Positions 14,321 to 23,300 of a stretch of 64,000 bases of DNA are shown here, piece after piece. The notes beneath the pieces were generated by a model that did not search any database, was not told the origin of the DNA, and saw only the letters and a program-made list of their open reading frames with translations. The number at the start of each line of letters is the position of its first letter. The stretch's first letter is position 1. Source of the DNA: Auanema rhodensis (lineage: Eukaryota; Animalia; Nematoda); assembly GCA_964057225.1 (NCBI GenBank), contig OZ059899.1, positions 11,160,001 through 11,224,000 of the forward strand, in the 5' to 3' direction. The translations under genes were made by a program, and so were the position numbers.

Positions 14321-14394
14321 TGCCGCCAGCAGGGGTCGAACCTGCGACCTTGGGCTTATTAGACCCACGCTCTAACCGACTGAGCTATGGCGGC
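14321..14394 (-). tRNA. tRNA-Ile (AAT)
   Basis: Consensus copy. Confidence 0.95.
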
Positions 14395-14987
14395 TACGAA
14401 AGTACGAAATAACAAAGCGCTGATTATAGGAAACGTGAATGAATGCAGATATTCTCAATTCCGATTCATTAACTAGATCGTGGTCAGCATTTTACAACAT
14501 TTATAAAATAGAAACTGAGAAAAAAACATCAACAAATGACACTATTAACTTGGTTTTTTGAACAGCATTTTTATATTTCTTTTTTCACTATGAGAGAACT
14601 TATATTTATTGCTTTTTCAAAATTTTCCATTTTTAACATTATACATCTTGACTATCACACATTGAGAACAACAGTTGGCAATATTCGTTGTCACGTCATA
14701 TTTCATGCAGTTAGATTTTCAGACACATTAATACCTTTGACCATTCTTCTTATGAGTTTTGTAACGATAGATCGTAATAGGAAATGAATTGGTATAATAT
14801 GAAAAAATACAAGAAATAGTCAACATTGATTTCCCCAAATAGTATCATGTTTGCTTGTTATTCAATTAGAACACTTATTTTTTGATTGTTTTCTTGAAAT
14901 ATTCTTTTTTTTTCTTTAACAAAGTTATGACTGAGATCAAAATTTGAACTTACTTTTGAACAATTAAACAGAAATTTAAAAAATATT

Positions 14988-15061
14988 TGCCGCCAGCAGG
15001 GGTCGAACCTGCGACCTTGGGCTTATTAGACCCACGCTCTAACCGACTGAGCTATGGCGGC
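14988..15061 (-). tRNA. tRNA-Ile (AAT)
   Basis: Consensus copy. Confidence 0.95.
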
Positions 15062-15654
15062 TACGAAAGTACGAAATAACAAAGCGCTGATTATAGGAAA
15101 CGTGAATGAATGCAGATATTCTCAATTCCGATTCATTAACTAGATCGTGGTCAGCATTTTACAACATTGATAAAATAGAAACTGAGAAAAAAACATCAAC
15201 AAATGACACTATTAACTTGGTTTTTTGAACAGCTTTTTTATATTTCTTTTTTCACTATGAGAGAACTTATATTTATTGCTTTTTCAAAATTTTCCATTTT
15301 TAACATTATACATCTTGACTATCACACATTGAGAACAACAGTTGGCAATGTTGGTTGTCACGTCATATTTCATGCAGTTAGATTTTCAGACACATTAATA
15401 CCTTTGACCATTCTTCTTATGAGTTTTGTAACGATAATTCGTAATAGGAAATGAATTGGTATAATATGAAAAAATACAAGACATAGTCAACATTGATTTC
15501 CCCAAATAGTATCATGTTTGCTTGTTATTCAATTAGAACACTTATTTTTTGATTGTTTTCTTGAAATATTCTTTTTTTTTCTTCAACAAAGTTATGACTG
15601 AGATCAAAATTTGAACTTACTTTTGAACAATTAAACAGAAATTTAAAAAATATT

Positions 15655-15728
15655 TGCCGCCAGCAGGGGTCGAACCTGCGACCTTGGGCTTATTAGACCC
15701 ACGCTCTAACCGACTGAGCTATGGCGGC
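15655..15728 (-). tRNA. tRNA-Ile (AAT)
   Basis: Consensus copy. Confidence 0.95.
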
Positions 15729-15835
15729 TACGAAAGTACGAAATAACAAAGCGCTGATTATAGGAAACGTGAATGAATGCAGATATTCTCAATTCCGATT
15801 TATTAACTAGATCGTGGTCAGCATTTTACAACATT

Positions 15836-16216
15836 TGTCACATCTGCAAGCACATGGTAAACATGTGCGCGCTATTCAAATAGCGGGAGCCTGAACAAGC
15901 CCCGCCCACAACATGGGACACACATGGCACTCTTGCTTCTGGCCTAACCCAGATAGGTTGTCTTATAGCCATGTGAGTCTCATCTCTATATCATCTATAT
16001 ATATACTCTATTTAATACTTTTTTAGATCTCTTTATAATCTTTCTTAATGTAATTCTTATATTGTATTTTCTTGTTATCTGATAATGAATCCTTTTCTCT
16101 TTAAGTATTTGTCTTAATAAGGAAATCGGGGCGTTCGGGTCTGCCTACCTAAGGAACAAGGTAGAAGTACATATATCTTCCGACCATGAAAAGACGGGAA
16201 GAAACAATATGTAACG
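15836..16216 (+). repeat. 5' LTR of element B (TGTCACAT...ATGTAACG)
   Basis: Direct repeat of 25578-25958. Confidence 0.97.
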
Positions 16217-16229
16217 TGGAGGTTCCACC
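16217..16229 (+). promoter_or_regulatory. PBS of element B (tRNA-Gln)
   Basis: TGGAGGTTCCACC directly after the 5' LTR. Confidence 0.85.
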
Positions 16230-17368
16230 TTGCTTACTTTACTGTTAATTTATTGACATCAAGTTTACGAGACTTTTGGACTTAATTACCCAACAGTGAG
16301 GAGTAACCGAGCCGTGCACCATGATTTCCCCAAAAATTATTTTGGCTACCACTTCTCCTCCGCTCAACGAAAACTGGGAGGTGTCTGAGACGTTTGGGGA
16401 AACTATCAGACAATAGTTTTGACGAGCGTTACCTTTTTGTTATGCACGCGCGTGCTATTTTGATTCATTACTTTATGATGTGAATGTCCAGTGTGGCAAC
16501 AGAGCTCACTTTTTAGCTGAGTTGTTTGGAAGCTGGAGGCTGTTGGGATAATTTTATTTACGATTTTTGATTTTGATTCACATCCAAGGGTTCATCAGGG
16601 TTCTACTCCTGTTAACTCTTTTCTTATTAGTTCAGAGATAATAAGAATATTTAAATTCCTACCCACCCAAGTCCACTCTACGTCTGCCAACGTTTCCTTT
16701 TTCCTATATTATTGACAGATTACTGAATTTAAATTCCTATATCAATCTTAAATTACCTTCTAAATCTTTTGAAATTAAATTAAAAATTATCTTAATTAAG
16801 ATTTATTTTGAAATTCTTTCTACAAATCTTAATAAACTTTATAAAATTGAACTTAATATACGAGATGAGACATTTTTGTTTACTTTAAGCTTACTCACAT
16901 TCAAATAGTTGGCCCACGCGTACCAGCTGTTCGACATGTGTAGTCAATAACAGCTGTTAAAATTCAAAAGTTTTCAAACAGGCTTAAGGCACCATCTGTG
17001 ATTCCTTATTTGTCTCTAAGCTGACATTAGTGATTATAATATTCAAATATCACGACAGACGGTCAATGGTTGTTTACCATAAGCGCTAACATCTGGTGTC
17101 GTGACACATGGCTGGAGGCGGAGCTTGAAGCTTCAACGATCCTCCTTCATCAGACGCCATTGTCACAAACGTTTTTACTGGAGTCTAGTTGCTTCCAGTA
17201 CGCGCTCTTATATTCATCTAACTGTATTCACCAGCCACCCTGTCGGACTCGGACATCAGCGAGGAAAACAAAGATCAGGAACAAGGATCACCAGAGGTAC
17301 GCCAAGTTTTTGAATTTAATTCTAAAAACTTAAATACTCCATCCACCTACCTCTCTCCTTTTGAATTT

Positions 17369-20300
17369 TTGAGAGAAGAAGGTGATTCCTCTTCTTCTTC
17401 TCACTCTTCTTCTCTAACAATTAGAACGAGAAGTAAAAGCAGAAAGGCCATCACTGAGGAAACACCTCGGGCACCTACTACAGTACGAAATAGATCACCA
17501 AGTCGGTGGGCCGCTGCTATAACTAAAGCTTTTGAAAGAAAAATGACTCCTACCTCTCCATCTCCTAATTCTAATGTTGCTCCACCCTCTAGAAATATGG
17601 CAACTATTTTGAATTGTCATCTCTGTCCCAGGTATGACGGCTCTCGTAGCTTTCGTTCTTTTGTTGAATCTTTAAATAGAATTTTTAATGTTATGAATCT
17701 AAGCTTACCTGAGAGACTATTAATTTTGCCTCTTCTTTTGGAATCAAATGAAACAGCTCTCTCCTTGTATAATAGTATTCCTAGTGGCATAAGAACTAAT
17801 GGCCCATGGATTGTTTTGATGGATCAGCTCACTGAGCTTTTAGCGCCTAAAACAGATAAAAATTTCACCATAGCGCTTATTCATCGAATACAACAAGGAG
17901 ATAAATCTGTTCTCGATTTTAGTATGGAATTAGAGAGAATGGCAAGCACCATAATGTCACCAATGGATCCCGAGCGGGAACCAATGTTGAAAACGGCATT
18001 TTTAAATGGTTTAAAAGAGGAACTGGGTATTGCGGTTTTAACTAAAAACCCCGCCACTTATGAACAAGCTAAGAAATTAGCTAGGTTTGAAGAAGGCGTT
18101 CGGAATAGCTTCATGAAAAGAAATGAAGACACCAGCACCTTGAAGGAGCTCATAAATGCTTTACAACATAAATTAAGCTTTAGTGAAGAAAGAGAAAGAA
18201 GTAGGAATAATAATAATAATAAAAATTATAAAAATAATAAAAATAATAAAAAAAATAATAACTGGACTCAGCACAATAATGGCTCTAATGATTATGAGCG
18301 AGAGAGAGAGCGACCTTCTGCCGTACGTTATAATAATAATAACTCGCAGAACGGGAATATGAATAGGCGTCCTAACCCGGGAAACCGCCCATTTGCCAAT
18401 GGCAGAAATGCCAATAGCTCGTCTTGGAACCCTAGGCCTAGTTCCCCAAGAAGACAAAGACCATCAGCCAATGGGAATGGTAACTCAAGGGTATACAGCG
18501 TAGCGACCCCATTCATGCCACCGGTCACGTTGTGCCTGACTTTATTGGCACTCTCATGCCTTCCCTTTGGGTCGGCAAAATATCAGATTTGCGCTCAATC
18601 TGAAGGGGGTATATTAGTAACACCTCCTGTGGTCACAGGCTGCCATAAGGCAGAAATTGAAAAGGCTCACAGTGTTGAGGTAGAAATATATCTACCAAAG
18701 GCTGAGATAGAGTCATGGGAAGCATGGAAATGCTATGTGAAAAAGTATAAAAGCTGTGTGAGAGATTTCATGTTTTTGAGAGATCGTAACACCACATTCT
18801 CTCATATTGAAACAGTAGATAAGAAAGATTGTGTTCGAGCACATAGAAATCGTATGTGGAATGATAAAATCATGAATGCCCAACAGCATTCAGTTTTTGA
18901 AACACCATTAAACGAGCATAATCCAACTCGCTCTTGGTCCACTGAAGAATGTGTAGAAATTGAACAATTTGTATTGAAGCGAGGGATAATAACTAGATTG
19001 AAAGAAGATCACATTGTATCAGACTTATTTATAAATACTGATAATTGTAAAGGAAATGAAGGGTTTTGTGCAACTGGTGAAGGTGCAGTTATCTGGCAAC
19101 CACCTATCCCATCAGTTGTCTGTCACTATCAAAAACTTGGCCCCTTCTCCGCCATGTTGGGTGATCATATTCTTCTAGTTCACTCTATTGAAAGCGCTTT
19201 TGTTCTCCAAAATCATTCCACATCCGCTCACGTTCAATCTTGTTTCGAATTCGCTGTTTTTGAATCATCTTCTGAGGCAATTATCCGATTCACAGCATAT
19301 CCCCGTGTTTATAATTTGCTTGATCTTTCCAATACTTTGCTTAATGCTGATAGACGCAGAAATAAACGTAATGCATTACCTCAAAAACATCGCTCTTTCA
19401 GTGATGATTATCTTTTTGTTAATGCGAAATCCCAACCATATGCGTTTCCATTTCTAAGACCTACTTTCATTTTTGGATCTGCATCTATCACTAAGTTTTA
19501 CGCAAAATATATGAGATATGCAGCTACATCATCTTATGAGAGTTTGCTCCAATTCGCGATAGATAATCCACTGTTCATTGACACAATTGTTAGTTTAGGA
19601 TTGACAAAAGATCACATAACTAACTGGGCGAAGTCTAATAATTTCAAAGATCCCAATCTTTTGATTTTACAATGTATGGGTATAGAGGAAATTAAACTGG
19701 CTACTAGACAGGTGATTAATAGCATGAAATTGGATGATCTTATCACTCAAGTAGCTCGTCGTATAGAAGTTCCTCGGTTAAAAAGATCGTTGATGAAATC
19801 TACAACATCCATAGAAGACTTCTTTCGAGGAATGGCTCACGCAGTAGTATATCAAGCCACAATTCTTGATGGTACACAAACAGTTCCATCAATCGAACAG
19901 TTGGCAAGAGCCTTATATCCATCTATATTACCACGCAGTGGAAATATGAATCAATCTGAAATTATTGCAACTGCTCAAGGCATGTTATTCATGATCCGAC
20001 AACAATCGGGAAAAGAACAAATATCTCGTGACATGCAAGTCAGTCGACAACAAAAAGCTGATGCTACTGTTAGAAACAACCAAGAGCAAGATTTAGCAAT
20101 TATATCCAAGCTGCCTGACTATCACAACCTTTATACAAAGAATAGTACAGCATATTATGGATTTCCTCCACAGTCCATCGAATACCCACAGGAAAATCCT
20201 AAATTCAATAAAACAGAAGTTTTAGAATTTATAAGTTGGGTTAAAACTCAAATCACAACTGATAAAAATATGGTACAGCATACTACTGTAACCCCAATAA

Positions 20301-23300
20301 CTGCCACCAAAACTACAATTCGTAGTTTAACAACTCCTACCCCTAATGCGTACGAGAGAGGTCGAGAGTTGTATGTAGCAGAAGTATATGACAATGTTCT
20401 CCACAAATCAGAGCTTAAAACTAAAACGATAATAGATAATAAGTTGAATTATGGGTTTGAGAAAGCGCGTCTCTCCATAATTGACGAATTTCATCAACAG
20501 TTTCATACCATCTGTAAATCTCAAATGGAAACTGTAAAAAGCTGGCAAGCTATATTACGTATACATCCTACAATAGGAGTAAGAGCTATGCTTCAGCGGG
20601 ATGATATCGTTGCCCGATTTGTTGGAAGAAATGTTTTAAAAATAACAACTTGTCAGGAAATAGAACCACATTTCATTTATCGTAATCATTCTTACAATGA
20701 TAAATGTTATGCAGAGACCCCTGTTTTAACACACGATAAACAATTATTCTTTGCTCCTATCGATAGCTACGATTTGAGCACTGAAGGACATGAGATCAAT
20801 TGTGAACACAAAGAGACAGAAATTTGGTATGAAAATGGAACATGGAGAGATTATAAAGGTGACACACATAAAGTAGATAGTATTCATTCAGAAAAACATG
20901 ATCATTATGCTGAATTGAGTAAACTTCGATTCACAGGGCGGAATTTGTTTGAAAATTCGACTGAAAAATCCTTAGCCCTATCTATTGGATTAACTTATGG
21001 TTATAGTTTATCTACTTCACCTCACCATGATCTTCTCCGCGTAATTTCTCGTTCACGTGATTGGCCTCAAATTTCCTCTTTCATCTTCAAAGGAAGTAAA
21101 CTTATAAGAGATGCCAGGAAAATTGTTTTCTCCAATTGGGATCTGTTCATTGACTTTTGTATAGGTTCAATTGAACGAACACTCATTACCATCGGTTGTA
21201 TAACTCTGATATTATGTCTAATGATAGCATTATATTTCACTATAAAATGTTATCTCTCCCCTACTTCTATGTTAAAAATAAACCATATCATGTTGAGCCC
21301 AACAGCTCCACCACTTGAGGGAGATGAGATTCATGAAACAGTTAGTGATGAATTGATGCGGAGCTATTTTCCCACCATAATAACTTACATTCCTTTAGCC
21401 ATACCTTTTGTATGTCACACAACAACAAAGAAAAATGGACACATGTTACCGTTTGTTCATATTGACATTGAAGGTAGAGGACTGTTAGCATTATGGGATT
21501 CTGGAGCTACGGTCTCATATATTCCGTTCTCCACATTGGCATATATTGGAAGACAATATTTTACAAAATATTCTAAATCTGCATCCACTGCAAATGGATC
21601 AGAGTTTCGCTTTGTGGGAAAATGCAAGTTAGATGTGGGTATAGCAGGTTACCAAGTGGAACACGAATTTTTAATATCTGAAGACAATGACTGTCCAGGA
21701 CAAATGTTACTTGGTACCGATTTTATGCGTACGTTGGAAGAAAGAGAGATATTTACTACATCAAAACTATGTAAAGGAAAGTTGATTGTTGGTAATATGG
21801 AAACACCCTTAGTAAAACCTGGTTGTTTTGCATATAAAACCACAACTAAAACAGTAAATATCATAAGTTTGTCCACAGTAACAGTTCCACCACATAGTAC
21901 CTCCCACATATCTTTGCAAACAGGACCAGAATTAGATTTTGATCAATATGCTCTTTTAAAATCTAGCACAGGTCCTATATCAATTCCAGATGCCGCCATA
22001 GGACCTTTTCCTATTACTATGGTAGTATCAAACAATTCTTCAAAGCCAATTAAAATTAATAAAAATGACCACATTGGTTCAGGACTTATAGCATCTAAAG
22101 AAATTATGAACGATTATGTTCCACCTGAAGCTGATTGGGAAGATAAGTTACCAACTTTTCCTCAGCATCTTTTGGATGATTTGAACTTCAATTCTTGCAC
22201 TCTGTCTCATAAAATGAAGAAAAATCTGATCACAATCATTAAGGAAAACCAAACGGCATTTTTCAACCATGATCATAATATTGGTCTCTTTTGCGGACCA
22301 GTTGAACATGCCATTCCTATAAGATCTGATATGGATTTTCCAAAAAGTAGATCTTACAGAGTACCATTGGGTAAGCAAGAAGAAGTAGAACGGCAAGTGA
22401 AAGAAATGTTGTCGCAAGGTATAATCGAAAATTCGACGGCTACTTTCACTAGTCCAGTTGTTCTTGTGAAAAAGAAAGATAATTCTTTCCGGTTCGTTAC
22501 TGACTTTAGAGCATTGAATAGTGTTACTAAGAAACAAACATATAGCATCCCACACATTCCTGATATCATAGACTTAGCGGCTGGAGCTCAGTTCTTTTCG
22601 AATTTTGATCTCATTTCTGGTTTCTTCCAAATACCGTTGAAACGCTCAGATAGATACCTAACTGCTTTTACCACTCCATCAGGTACCTATCAGTATTGCC
22701 GAATGCCTATGGGATTGTGTGGAGCGCCACACACTTTTCAATCCGCAGTACGATACTTGCAATCTCTTGTTAGATGCAAACTGTTTGTATATCTAGATGA
22801 TTTGCTAATAATTTCGAACTCAGCTGAAGAACATTTAAGAGATATACAAGAAGTGCTGAAAAAGGTCACTGAACTAGGGTTAAAAATTAAGTTATCTAAA
22901 TGTTGCTTTGCAGCCACTGAAGTAAAGTTTTTGGGTTTTATAATAGGTAGAAATGGTGTTAAACCAGATCCTGCTAAAATACAGGCTGTTTCCGAATTTC
23001 CAAATCCAAGCACAGTTACGGCTGTCAGATCCTTTCTAGGTATGACTAACTATTTTCGACGGTTTATTCAAAATTATGCCGGAATAGCTGAGCCATTGTA
23101 TAAGTTAACACATAAGGATACTCCTTTTGAGTGGAAATCGGAACATGCAGACGCATTTAAAACTTTAAAAACATTACTGTGTACTGCCCCTGTACTGAAA
23201 CCTCCTAAAGCAGACCAACCTTTTGTTATAGAAAGTGATGGCAGTATGATCGCTGTGGGAGCAGTTTTATTACAATCAGCAGAGAAAAATTCTCCATTAC

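Larger units (their letters stand above)
7503..15835 (-). repeat. tRNA-Ile(AAT) tandem array, segment 1 (13 tRNA genes, ~667-bp period)
   Basis: Near-identical units recur every 666-668 bp. Confidence 0.98.

Noticed and set aside
15728-15836. Ty3-style position-specific integration at the Pol III transcription start
   Set aside because: The five junctions are spread over the spacer (about 66 to 510 bp from a tRNA 5' end) with no fixed distance or shared target sequence (CATT, GAAT, TCCGA)
17070-17333. 87-aa and 70-aa ORFs upstream of gag in A and B (and 37862-38152 in C) as accessory genes
   Set aside because: They have non-ATG starts and no similarity between families; A/B identity only reflects recent common ancestry
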